Positions 7,870 to 16,748 of a DNA stretch of 35,322 nt are shown one piece after another. The translations under genes were made by a program, and so were the position numbers. Below the pieces are notes generated by a model. That model did no database searches, was not told the DNA's origin, and saw nothing but the letters and a program-made list of their open reading frames with translations. The DNA is taken from positions 1 to 35,322 of IMG/VR virus record IMGVR_UViG_3300025392_000291; one strand, given 5' to 3'. This DNA comes from a virus. Its lineage: Duplodnaviria; Caudoviricetes. Position 1 is the stretch's first letter, and each line of letters begins with the position of its first letter.

Positions 7870-8226
7870 ATGATAAACAAGCGTAATTTTTTAACATTAT
7901 TAGGATTTGCACCAGTTGCTGTTGTGGCAAAAGAATCTGATGTATTGTTATCCAAACCAGTGGATGAGTGGCGACCAATAGAGACTGCACCAAAAGATCA
8001 AGTTATTATGCTTCATGCCACAAAAGGTAACCAAGCGGAGTATGGGCAACGCGTTGGAATTGGAAAATTTTCTTTTAATTGGATAAGAAAAGATGATGAC
8101 ATAATAAGGCACTGTTTTGATTTGTATGAACACAAAGAGCAAGACGGAACAATAGCATCTCGTATTATGGAAGCATCACATTGGATGCCTTTACCCGAAC
8201 CACCGAAGGAGAAGGACTATGAGTAA
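7870..8226 (+). CDS. DUF551-like protein with Tat-like N-terminus
   Basis: NKRNFLTLLGFAPVAVVA then WRPIETAPKD...SHWMPLPEPP. Confidence 0.75.
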   Translation: MINKRNFLTLLGFAPVAVVAKESDVLLSKPVDEWRPIETAPKDQVIMLHATKGNQAEYGQRVGIGKFSFNWIRKDDDIIRHCFDLYEHKEQDGTIASRIMEASHWMPLPEPPKEKDYE

Positions 8227-8542
8227 AGAATTATTAATGACATACGTACAGGTTTATCAAGAAATTTGCACTATGCTTGATGCGACAGCAGGAAATCCAA
8301 GCGAATTAAGAGATATAGTAGAATCCTTGCGGTGGCAAATTACTAAATTGGAAGAAGCTGTATTTGAAGAATCTATAAAAGAAAAACGCTTAAAAATAGA
8401 ACGAGCAATTGAGGGTTTGCGAAATTTGAATCTAAAAATTGAAAGAGTTAGAGATGATATTATGATGGCTAGCACAGCTGCAAATTTTTTTTCTTTAAAA
8501 TACAAAGATCATATTCGTTCTAGAAAAAAGGATGATGAGTGA
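8219..8542 (+). CDS. hypothetical coiled-coil protein
   Basis: ORF with RBS, overlapping neighbours. Confidence 0.6.
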   Translation: MSKELLMTYVQVYQEICTMLDATAGNPSELRDIVESLRWQITKLEEAVFEESIKEKRLKIERAIEGLRNLNLKIERVRDDIMMASTAANFFSLKYKDHIRSRKKDDE

Positions 8543-8958
8543 TGGAAGTAAGCTTCAATATTTCTGGTCCTATGCGTGGTAAACAACGCCCGCGAGCAAC
8601 ACGTCAAGGCCGCATTTACACGCCGAAGGAAACAGTTAATGCTGAGGCTTACATCAAATATCTTGCATCTGAAGCAATGGGTACTATGGAACCTTTTACA
8701 GGGGCTCTGAAGGCCACATTTGCAATTTATGTAGAAATTCCCAAGAGTTTTACAAAAGCCAAACGTAAGGCCGCATTAGAGGGAATTGAACACCCAACAA
8801 CGAAGCCCGACCTTGACAATATCGTAAAACTTTTGGCGGATGCAATGAATGGTATTGTATACAAAGATGACAAACAGATTGTCAGCATTTGTGTATCGAA
8901 GAAATATGCAGAACACGCATCAGCTCATGTTTATGTAGGAGAAATCAATGAACATTGA
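8542..8958 (+). CDS. rusA: RusA Holliday junction resolvase
   Basis: GKQRPR, YTP, KPDLDNIVK..DAMNGIVYKDDKQIV. Confidence 0.92.
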   Translation: MEVSFNISGPMRGKQRPRATRQGRIYTPKETVNAEAYIKYLASEAMGTMEPFTGALKATFAIYVEIPKSFTKAKRKAALEGIEHPTTKPDLDNIVKLLADAMNGIVYKDDKQIVSICVSKKYAEHASAHVYVGEINEH

Positions 8959-9295
8959 TCGTTGCATAAAATTTATTATTTGTTTTTTAATTTTTCCATC
9001 TACAGCATTTGCTGAGACATGGGCTGCTGGTGATTGCACTATCGCCAATGGTCATACTGTAAAATATGCAGTTCACGAAAGTAAGGGAGTTATTCAATGG
9101 GACAATGATCTTCCTGCACAAATGTATACAACCTATGAAAACAACATGGGTATAATTCATCAAATAGGAAACCAAGGTAACATGGTTATGGCTGTCGATG
9201 TCAAAACAGGCCGCGCCTACGTTATCACTCAATTTGATGATGGTCACAAAGTCGAGAACAATGTGTTCTGCAAATTATCAAGTTTTGAAAGGTAA
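8948..9295 (+). CDS. predicted secreted/periplasmic protein
   Basis: Sec-type signal ending AFA|ETW; two Cys in the mature part. Confidence 0.65.
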   Translation: MNIDRCIKFIICFLIFPSTAFAETWAAGDCTIANGHTVKYAVHESKGVIQWDNDLPAQMYTTYENNMGIIHQIGNQGNMVMAVDVKTGRAYVITQFDDGHKVENNVFCKLSSFER

Positions 9296-9298
9296 AAA

Positions 9299-10288
9299 AT
9301 GACTGAAGAAACTCAACCACACGTTTTTATTGCCACGCCTATGTACGGCGGTATGTGCACAGGCGTTTATACGCAGAGCATAATGCAGCTTCAAAGCGCG
9401 TTCATTAACTCTGGTATCAGCGCCTCAATTTCTTTCATGTTCAATGAAAGCTTAATTACTCGCGCTCGTAACGCTCTTACAGCTCAATTCCTAAAATCAA
9501 ACGCAACACATTTGCTGTTCATTGATGCTGATATTCGCTTTCAAGCTCAAGACATCATCTGGATGCTTCAGGCTGACAAGGATGTGATCTGCGGTATTTA
9601 CCCAAAGAAAGAAATCAACTGGTACACAGTTGAACGTGCCGTTAAAAACAATGTGCCTGTGGATCAACTCAAGAGCCACACAGGGGCATGGGTGGTTAAT
9701 CTTGTAAACTATGCGCCTGAGATCACAGTGCCTGCCAATCAGCCTGTGGAGGTCTTTGCAGGCGGTACAGGCATGATGCTGATTAAACGTGAAGTGTTTG
9801 AAAAGCTTTCTGACAGCGTACCATCATACAAAAATGATGTTGTGGCGGTCACAGAGCTTGAAAAAGCTGGTGAGGTTATCAAAGAGTTCTTTGCGACCAG
9901 CATTGAGCCTGAAACACAGCGTCTCCTGTCAGAGGATTATCACTTCTGCCGGCTGTGGAGGCTTGCAGGGGGGCAAATATTCGCCGCCCCTTGGATGAAC
10001 TTAGGCCACGTCGGAACGTACCTATTTGAAGGCACGTTATTGTCTACGAATCAGCCTCAACAGCAGGAGCCTCAGTCAGAGGATCAACCTGCGCCACAAC
10101 TGGAGTCGGATCTGGCTCAGTCTGCTTTGCAGGGGGGTTCATCGCCATCTGAATCGACAGAGCCTTCACAGACTCAACCCGATTCGTCCAACCATGACCA
10201 AACGCCGCAAATGTTGGCAAACTTTCTAAAAAACGCATACGAGTGTCGCAAACTTTTATGGCGATTTCTTCCGGGACTTGCCCACTAA
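9299..10288 (+). CDS. GT-A fold glycosyltransferase-like protein
   Basis: VFIATPMYGG, SLITRARN, LLFIDAD (DxD), GTGMMLIKR, LSEDYHFC, LGHVG; tail overlaps endolysin antisense. Confidence 0.8.
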   Translation: MTEETQPHVFIATPMYGGMCTGVYTQSIMQLQSAFINSGISASISFMFNESLITRARNALTAQFLKSNATHLLFIDADIRFQAQDIIWMLQADKDVICGIYPKKEINWYTVERAVKNNVPVDQLKSHTGAWVVNLVNYAPEITVPANQPVEVFAGGTGMMLIKREVFEKLSDSVPSYKNDVVAVTELEKAGEVIKEFFATSIEPETQRLLSEDYHFCRLWRLAGGQIFAAPWMNLGHVGTYLFEGTLLSTNQPQQQEPQSEDQPAPQLESDLAQSALQGGSSPSESTEPSQTQPDSSNHDQTPQMLANFLKNAYECRKLLWRFLPGLAH

Positions 10289-10649
10289 TTTCTGAGAGGG
10301 TGTGGGGGCCGATTTGACCATCAGCCTCTACACCTACAGCCTGCTGTAAGAACTTTGCAGCACGTCCAACGCCTGAATTTACGGCAACATCAAATACAGC
10401 ATAATCAACGCCAGAAGGAAGGCTGTCACCATCGACAGAATCCCAATAGTTTTTTCTGTAAAGAGGTTTGACATCTTCAAGAGTAAGAGAGCGCATAGCT
10501 TCTTCATCGACTTCATGCCCCACATAAGCTTCCCACACTTTTTTGGTCACACCATGATTGGTCATGCCGCCGGGATCGCGGGGGTCATTTACAAACCCAC
10601 CTTCAGACTTCATGACTTGTTCAAAAGCTGAATCAAAATTCTCTTTCAT
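10044..10649 (-). CDS. endolysin, GH108 with peptidoglycan-binding domain
   Basis: SEGGFVNDPRDPGGMTNHGVT, FDVAVNSG, LQQAVGVEADGQIGP, FGHGWTNR. Confidence 0.92.
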   Translation of the reverse strand: MKENFDSAFEQVMKSEGGFVNDPRDPGGMTNHGVTKKVWEAYVGHEVDEEAMRSLTLEDVKPLYRKNYWDSVDGDSLPSGVDYAVFDVAVNSGVGRAAKFLQQAVGVEADGQIGPHTLSEISGQVPEEIAIKVCDTRMRFLESLPTFAAFGHGWTNRVESVKALSIQMAMNPPAKQTEPDPTPVVAQVDPLTEAPAVEADS

Positions 10650-10650
10650 G

Positions 10651-11175
10651 TTATTTCCCATTCAATGCTTGATGAATCGTATTGTCTTTACGTTGTGAAC
10701 CAGCCGATGATCCAAAGTAAAATGACATCACGCCAGTCCACGCTGTTCCAAGGGCTCCCAGCATCATTAGAAGAGCCTCTGAGCCCGATGTCGGCAATCC
10801 GTAACGTATGATGTAGAAAAGGATGCCAAAGAAACCCACAGTCACGCAAATTGACAAGGCACGAGGTATCCAATCATGCACCTGAATCTGCATTTGACGG
10901 GCGCTGTCACGATCCTGAACGGCTAATTGCTCAAGATCAATGTCCAGAGACTTCATCTGGACTTTAAAGTCAGAATCTATTTTTTTAAGCGCAGTAATCT
11001 GGTCAGGCGTTGCATTAGCAAGAGCAGCGTTAATGTCATCCTCAGAGCCATCACCATGCCCAAGCAATGCGCTAGAAATAGCTTTAACCGCCATGCCCGC
11101 CAAAGGCCCACCAAGCGCTGTTGCAATCGTAGGAGCAACCGCCCCAACCAAATCTCCAAATTTTCCAAGATTCAT
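10651..11175 (-). CDS. holin (3TM, GTA-holin-like)
   Basis: APTIATALGGPLAG, DRDSAR, two C-terminal TM helices ending FYFGSS; adjacent to endolysin. Confidence 0.75.
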   Translation of the reverse strand: MNLGKFGDLVGAVAPTIATALGGPLAGMAVKAISSALLGHGDGSEDDINAALANATPDQITALKKIDSDFKVQMKSLDIDLEQLAVQDRDSARQMQIQVHDWIPRALSICVTVGFFGILFYIIRYGLPTSGSEALLMMLGALGTAWTGVMSFYFGSSAGSQRKDNTIHQALNGK

Positions 11176-11184
11176 AACCTTCCC

Positions 11185-11640
11185 CTAACGATAAGTGAGT
11201 GCGTAATATACCATGTAAACAGTCATTGATATAGCAATCAGACTAAGACCGATCACAGTTGCTAAGAATTGATCTTCAGCCTTACGTTGCGCTGCTGCAA
11301 TCGCCTCCGCCTTCAGACGTTTACGGGTGTCAATAATTTGACGTTGCAGTTTTTCCCATTCATTCACGCCATGCTCGGCAATAACCTGATTTTTATATGC
11401 GGTGAAGATTTCTTCAGCTTCCTTCTTAGCTTGAAAAGCTTTGAGAGCTATTTCTTCCGCAGATCCATGTGATCCAAAGCCCTTGGGAGGCTCTACAGTC
11501 AATTTTGTAAGATCAGCCACGCCTTGCATAATGTCAGACAACTGCTTTGCAGTGTCCATGATGTCACGACCAAGCGCGATGGATTGTTTAATGCCTTCGT
11601 TGGCAGCTTTAATCGAAGCTAATATTGTTAGCGGGTCCAT
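11185..11640 (-). CDS. membrane-anchored coiled-coil protein in lysis region
   Basis: MDPLTILA N-terminus; C-terminal TM helix. Confidence 0.65.
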   Translation of the reverse strand: MDPLTILASIKAANEGIKQSIALGRDIMDTAKQLSDIMQGVADLTKLTVEPPKGFGSHGSAEEIALKAFQAKKEAEEIFTAYKNQVIAEHGVNEWEKLQRQIIDTRKRLKAEAIAAAQRKAEDQFLATVIGLSLIAISMTVYMVYYALTYR

Positions 11641-11663
11641 AGTAATGCCTCATGCTATGTCCC

Positions 11664-11900
11664 CTACTTATCTACTTTATTGTCAAGCTTATCAAAAATT
11701 TTGGCGACGTAGGACTCTATACGTTCCATAGTCTTATTGTATTCTTCTTTCTGGACATATTTAGTCGGAAGATCCACCTCGATCTGGTGGACATCTTGTC
11801 TCATTTCCCCAACGGCATCCCAAAGTTCTCGCGCAAACCAACCTATGACTGTCAGCACTGCGCTAAGGCCAATGTTAATAAGCGTTTGTGAATCTATCAT
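11664..11900 (-). CDS. single-TM + coiled-coil protein (lysis-associated)
   Basis: N-terminal TM; LPTKYVQKEE...KLDNKVDK; TAATG coupling. Confidence 0.7.
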   Translation of the reverse strand: MIDSQTLINIGLSAVLTVIGWFARELWDAVGEMRQDVHQIEVDLPTKYVQKEEYNKTMERIESYVAKIFDKLDNKVDK

Positions 11901-12127
11901 TACCTGCAACCCCACCGCCGACGTGCTGCTTTACCGCGTTGCCCTTTCCAAGACTTAGAACGCGCACAAAATGACTTATGCCGAGGATTCTTAGCGTCTT
12001 TCGTTGGTGCTTTAAGCTTAGATCCTGTAGCCCTGTTGTACTTTTTGCGGCCCTTCTCTGTCAGACCGCCACCAGCCTTCACAGAAAGCTTTTCACCACG
12101 TCCTACTGAGAGAGAAGGTCCAGACAT
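11900..12127 (-). CDS. small basic protein (DUF6321-like)
   Basis: GGLTEKGRKKYN..GSKLKAP...KSFCAR...ARRRWGC. Confidence 0.75.
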   Translation of the reverse strand: MSGPSLSVGRGEKLSVKAGGGLTEKGRKKYNRATGSKLKAPTKDAKNPRHKSFCARSKSWKGQRGKAARRRWGCR

Positions 12128-12936
12128 TAGTAACCTACCGGTGTTCCGTCATTAGCAATCAAATAACCACCAGCAAAAATAGATGCAGTATATGGGCCAC
12201 CTGAGCTTGCTTTGATTTGATATTGAATGTCCGTTCCAGCGGGATGAGCGACGGGAACAGTGTATGGAATTTCAAAGATTTGAACAAAAGGCGACTGGCT
12301 TAACAATGTTGTGTTGGCATTGTTAGTAAAAGTGTAACCATTCTGTGTGTAGGTCGATGTAATGTTAAACTTATTATACTCAGCAAAAGTAAAAAAGGCG
12401 CTCGATGTAAAACCGATGCTGCCGTTTGCTTGCAAATGCGCCAAATAGAATGTGTATCCATTTGGAACAGTGTAGATCGACATCTGAGTCTGACCAACAC
12501 CCGCATTGATCTGAGCATATAGAGTGCTGCTGATCTTGCCTGTAATGTTTCCAACATTGACGCCATTGGTGCAATACAATCCGTTAATACGGAAGTATGA
12601 ATTGACAGATGTAGCTGTACCAGAGCCATTCAATGTTACATTTTCGGACAAAAGATTGAAATTTGCATCCAATCCCTGAATAGCAATAGTAAGGCCAGAA
12701 TCACTCGATCCAGAAGCGCTGAGAAGCACAATCTGACCAGCCGCACTGGGGTAAGCGTATGCTCCACCAGATTGCGTCAGACCTTCCCAAGTAGGCCCAA
12801 GAGCAGTTCCGCCGACTTGAGTGCTATAGCCAAATAGCTCGACAGGCTGATGATATGGAATTTGCCCACGACCGACTTGAAGCTCAAAGGGCTCATAGCG
12901 ACCATGCTGAGACATTGAAAAGGTAGACTGAGCCAT
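12127..12936 (-). CDS. hypothetical virion-associated beta-rich protein
   Basis: 269-aa ORF coupled by TAATG on both sides; S/T/G-rich. Confidence 0.7.
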   Translation of the reverse strand: MAQSTFSMSQHGRYEPFELQVGRGQIPYHQPVELFGYSTQVGGTALGPTWEGLTQSGGAYAYPSAAGQIVLLSASGSSDSGLTIAIQGLDANFNLLSENVTLNGSGTATSVNSYFRINGLYCTNGVNVGNITGKISSTLYAQINAGVGQTQMSIYTVPNGYTFYLAHLQANGSIGFTSSAFFTFAEYNKFNITSTYTQNGYTFTNNANTTLLSQSPFVQIFEIPYTVPVAHPAGTDIQYQIKASSGGPYTASIFAGGYLIANDGTPVGY

Positions 12937-13154
12937 TAGTACACCTTTTTGTCAGGCTTAGTTGTCGGGCTGTTTTTATAATCACCAGACTTTCCAGAAT
13001 AATCCCACACAGCCGTAAACCCGCCACGAGGCGCTTTACCAGACGTAAATGTGTTTTGACCATGACCCATCGTGTTTTTGATGGTCTGGGGCTTTACTGC
13101 GACAGCAGGCCAAGCTTTATCAGTCTTGGTCTTGTTGGTTACTTTGTCCTTCAT
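12936..13154 (-). CDS. small basic hypothetical protein (72 aa)
   Basis: ATG 13154 after AAGGAG; Lys/Thr-rich. Confidence 0.6.
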   Translation of the reverse strand: MKDKVTNKTKTDKAWPAVAVKPQTIKNTMGHGQNTFTSGKAPRGGFTAVWDYSGKSGDYKNSPTTKPDKKVY

Positions 13155-13353
13155 GGCTCTTTCTCTCCTTAAGCACAGACGGGATATAAACCAGAACGGC
13201 AAACCCGCCGGCAACGGCGATGCGCTCCTGACTTGGATTGTACATCACCCAACACGCTAGGCCAAATACCATCCACAGACTGCAAATGGTCAGAATCCGA
13301 GCCGACAGCACGGTGAAGGCCGTGCGCACGATAAGCAAAACAGTAGCATCCAC
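13120..13353 (-). CDS. small two-TM membrane protein
   Basis: GTG start after GGGGA; two hydrophobic segments. Confidence 0.6.
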   Translation of the reverse strand: MDATVLLIVRTAFTVLSARILTICSLWMVFGLACWVMYNPSQERIAVAGGFAVLVYIPSVLKERKSHEGQSNQQDQD

Positions 13354-13382
13354 GATTAGTCCCCATAGTTCGTGTAGAGCGT

Positions 13383-13586
13383 CTATTTAGCATCATCTTC
13401 GTCCAAGAATCCAGAGCCCCAATTGTCATCATTGATTTTAAGCTTGATTTTTTCCAAATTTATCGCTCTGTCCAATATCTTAAGCTTAAGCTCTAACTCT
13501 ATATCTGGATCGTTTATGCTCTGTTTGAGCATATCATTTACTGCACGTTCCAGATCTGTATTTATCCCCGTAGACTTCTTGCTCAT
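13383..13586 (-). CDS. hypothetical helical protein
   Basis: ORF with ATGA coupling to upstream gene. Confidence 0.65.
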   Translation of the reverse strand: MSKKSTGINTDLERAVNDMLKQSINDPDIELELKLKILDRAINLEKIKLKINDDNWGSGFLDEDDAK

Positions 13587-13720
13587 TTGCTCTTAGCCTT
13601 GGCTTTACGAGCAGTTGAAAGCGCGATGGCGACAGCCTGTTTCTGAGGCTTGCCGGCCTTGATCTCTGTCTTAATATTTTTAGAGATTGTTGCTTTGCTT
13701 GAACCTTTTTTCAATGGCAT
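13583..13720 (-). CDS. small basic protein (45 aa, [45 protein letters not shown]; absent from ORF track)
   Basis: AGGAG RBS; familiar phage MPLKKG...QAVAIAL motif; fills the gap exactly. Confidence 0.8.
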   Translation of the reverse strand: MPLKKGSSKATISKNIKTEIKAGKPQKQAVAIALSTARKAKAKSK

Positions 13721-13721
13721 T

Positions 13722-15146
13722 TTAGTCTCCTGATACTATTCCATAAAGTTTACTTGCGGCTGATGTAATTGGTTTAGCGCCTGCACTAGCCAAAGCAGCA
13801 ACAGTGCTCCATTTTGCAAGTGCCTTTGCAATTTCTGATTTACTACGAAGGGAAGCTATAGCATCAAGATCTTTTCTAATACTTGGAAGCTCTTGCAACC
13901 AATCATAATTTTTCGATAGATAATCTTTTATTTCTTTTGCAGTTTCTTTACCACGAAGTTCTGTCGCAATGTGTTCTTTAGCAATTGAATTAACAAAATT
14001 CTCATCACCTGATAAGGATCTCAAGTCATTGATTGATCTACGAGATGAAAAGAATTTATTAGGTATATTGGCAGGATCAATTTTTGACAATTCAGGAAGA
14101 TATTCATCAGCCCTTTTAATAACAGCTCCACCAACAGCTCTATTATATTGATTAATAGGCTCAGACAATGTTTTGTATGTTTTTATAAAATTATTAAATT
14201 CTTTTGGAACATTGTTCTCAATAATACTTTCTAATTTATTAGCCATGTCTTTGGCAAAAGTTGCCGTTATACCTTCAGCTCCTTCTATTTTAAGACCATT
14301 AGATACATCATTAAGAAAACGTCTTTCTTTTTCAATAGCATCAAAATCAGGAGCAACTTTTCCAGCTTCTTTTTCAGTCAAAGATGTTGGTCTATCAGAT
14401 ATACGTTTCCATAATTTTTCAGCCAATGCTTGTTCGTCTGGAGAACCTTTAGCAGCTCCTTCAGCATAAGTGTTTTGTAAAAGTGATTTATAATCGTTTA
14501 AAATTTTATCTTGAGATTTAGATCCAGCAGAAAGATAAGAATCTTTAATTTCTTCAAAATCTTGTCTGCGATTTTTAATAAGATCTTTTAATCTTTCTGT
14601 AAGATTTTTTTCTATTTTTTCTCCAACAGCACTTGGACTTGTTGCTTGAGAAATAGTTTTTTCAACGCTTGGTAATGGTTTTGCAGCAAAACCTAATGCG
14701 CCACCTAAAACGCCAGATAAACTTTTTTCAAGGTAACGTGTAGCTGTATCTTCTTCTCCAGTTGGAGCAGCAAGTCCATATAAAGTTCCAGCTAAAATAG
14801 GAGCTTTTGTTATGCTAGCACTTGGAGCAATCAATGATCCTAAAACTTGGCTTGGACCATAACCATAATTTTTTAATGCTTTTGTAGCACGGGCAGATGC
14901 AGCACCAGCTTCACCCGGAAGTAATTCACCAATACCTGTGGCTGTTTGTCCCATGCCTGATAAAACGCCCTTACCACTCTCGGAAAGCATTTTATTTACA
15001 TCTTTTTGACCTATTCCTTCAATCCATTGACCGCTATATGGATCAATAGATCCCACAGTAGTTTTAGGAGTTGAAACAGATGAATCTAAATCAGAAAGTT
15101 TAGTCGTTTTCTTTGTTTCATCAGTTCCTAAATCTGAAAGTTTCAT
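13722..15146 (-). CDS. internal virion / DNA ejection protein
   Basis: Helical; Gly/Ala hydrophobic segments; KLSDL repeated at N-terminus; podovirus synteny. Confidence 0.6.
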   Translation of the reverse strand: MKLSDLGTDETKKTTKLSDLDSSVSTPKTTVGSIDPYSGQWIEGIGQKDVNKMLSESGKGVLSGMGQTATGIGELLPGEAGAASARATKALKNYGYGPSQVLGSLIAPSASITKAPILAGTLYGLAAPTGEEDTATRYLEKSLSGVLGGALGFAAKPLPSVEKTISQATSPSAVGEKIEKNLTERLKDLIKNRRQDFEEIKDSYLSAGSKSQDKILNDYKSLLQNTYAEGAAKGSPDEQALAEKLWKRISDRPTSLTEKEAGKVAPDFDAIEKERRFLNDVSNGLKIEGAEGITATFAKDMANKLESIIENNVPKEFNNFIKTYKTLSEPINQYNRAVGGAVIKRADEYLPELSKIDPANIPNKFFSSRRSINDLRSLSGDENFVNSIAKEHIATELRGKETAKEIKDYLSKNYDWLQELPSIRKDLDAIASLRSKSEIAKALAKWSTVAALASAGAKPITSAASKLYGIVSGD

Positions 15147-16741
15147 TTTACTTCCTCGACATCTGGATCGTTTGGATCACCGCCAATAACTCTGTATTTC
15201 TTTCCATTTTTTTCTATTATGTCATTTACTTTATATGTTTTTTTAGCAGAAATTTCAGATGTTTTAGGTGATGCTAATTTAATAAAATCAGCAGAATTTT
15301 TTAATGTTAAAAGAGGAGGAGGATTTGCACTTGTTTCAGCTTTAAATGCTTCAGGAAGCCTATTATTAGCTTCTTGAGCACGAGATTTAATAATATCAAT
15401 AAGTGTATCAGGACGAACATTTGGACTGTAAAAACTGCTTAATGATCTTTCCAAAAACACAGTAGGACGACCGACAGCAACAGCATCAGCAAGAGCAAGA
15501 GAAAATAGTTTTTTGGATGCTAATTTAGCAGCAGCAACTCTATCTCTTTCTTCTGGATATTTTTCAGAATAATTATCAAGAGCGCTATCAATTTCTTGAG
15601 ATTTTTGATTAAAATAATTGACAGCATTTGTGCTGTAATTTTCTTTATCACTACTATACAAGTTTTTAATGTTTTTAATAAGAGATCCAGCAGATTCCCC
15701 AATGTTTCCAAGAACATTAGCAAGCAATCCAATTGAATCTTTATTTTGAGCCACAAATGTAGCAACATCATTAGCTTGTTTGATAGCGTTCCATTCAGCA
15801 GGAATCATTTTTTGATCTGCTGCTGTAACACCAAAAGTTTTTAAAGTTTGTATTGTTTTAGCTTTAGATTCTGGGCTTTGTTCTTGTAAAATACCGCCTA
15901 TTCCTTGACCTATTTTACCAAGATCTTGATAACCACTTAATGAATCAATGACTTTAAGACCGTCATTCATATCTTTTAAAGCGTTGCCATAAAATTGAGT
16001 AAATGCAGGCAATCCAGCTTTGGAAATGGCATCAGCAATCGTCGGCTGACCATTTATGATAAAATCATTCTTGGCTTTATTGGTTGCAACTTGAAGATCT
16101 GTTTTAGCCAATTCCATATTATTTTTGAGTATTTCCATCACACGAGAATTATTGGCTTGCACCACTCTCATGTTTTCTTCAAACTCTTGCTTGGCTTTTT
16201 CAAACACTTCTTTTTGACCGTCAGCGTAGCCTTTCATCATGCCACCCGCCGCGTTCAATGCAGCCATGCCTCCAAGAGCCCCCTTGCCACCAATGAGGCC
16301 AGCAAAAAGCATCATAGCAGCTTGGAAACCAGCTACTTGTCCGATAGATTCTTTAGGAGGTTTAAACTCATTAAATGGTTGCAATTGAGCGTTAGCTTGA
16401 CCAATCAAATTTCTTTGATCTGAAGAAAATTTATCATAGGCTCTATTTTCCAATTCAGCCTGACGTTGTTCTGATTGGTTTTTAATTGCTTCAGTAATAA
16501 GTGAAGATTTAAAAAGACCAGTTTTAAGTGCAGACATATCTCCGCCAATTGCTTGATTTAAAGCATCAAGATTAGGGGCTTGATATTCTGTCAATTCAGG
16601 TTTTTTTTCTTCAACCTTACCTTTCATAGAAAGGTTTTTATTTGTTCTATCAAGAACATCAGATATTTTTTTAGATTCATCTGTATCTAATGGAATTCCT
16701 TTTGGAATATCAATAGTTAAATTTTGATCTTCAGGTTCCAT
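15143..16741 (-). CDS. internal virion / DNA ejection protein
   Basis: Helical with GGKGALGG hydrophobic stretch; synteny. Confidence 0.6.
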   Translation of the reverse strand: MEPEDQNLTIDIPKGIPLDTDESKKISDVLDRTNKNLSMKGKVEEKKPELTEYQAPNLDALNQAIGGDMSALKTGLFKSSLITEAIKNQSEQRQAELENRAYDKFSSDQRNLIGQANAQLQPFNEFKPPKESIGQVAGFQAAMMLFAGLIGGKGALGGMAALNAAGGMMKGYADGQKEVFEKAKQEFEENMRVVQANNSRVMEILKNNMELAKTDLQVATNKAKNDFIINGQPTIADAISKAGLPAFTQFYGNALKDMNDGLKVIDSLSGYQDLGKIGQGIGGILQEQSPESKAKTIQTLKTFGVTAADQKMIPAEWNAIKQANDVATFVAQNKDSIGLLANVLGNIGESAGSLIKNIKNLYSSDKENYSTNAVNYFNQKSQEIDSALDNYSEKYPEERDRVAAAKLASKKLFSLALADAVAVGRPTVFLERSLSSFYSPNVRPDTLIDIIKSRAQEANNRLPEAFKAETSANPPPLLTLKNSADFIKLASPKTSEISAKKTYKVNDIIEKNGKKYRVIGGDPNDPDVEEVK

Positions 16742-16748
16742 GAATCAC

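Noticed and set aside
4957-8544. CRISPR array, integron attC sites or DGR
   Set aside because: Repeats are irregularly spaced, separated by whole genes and non-palindromic; no cas, integrase or reverse transcriptase
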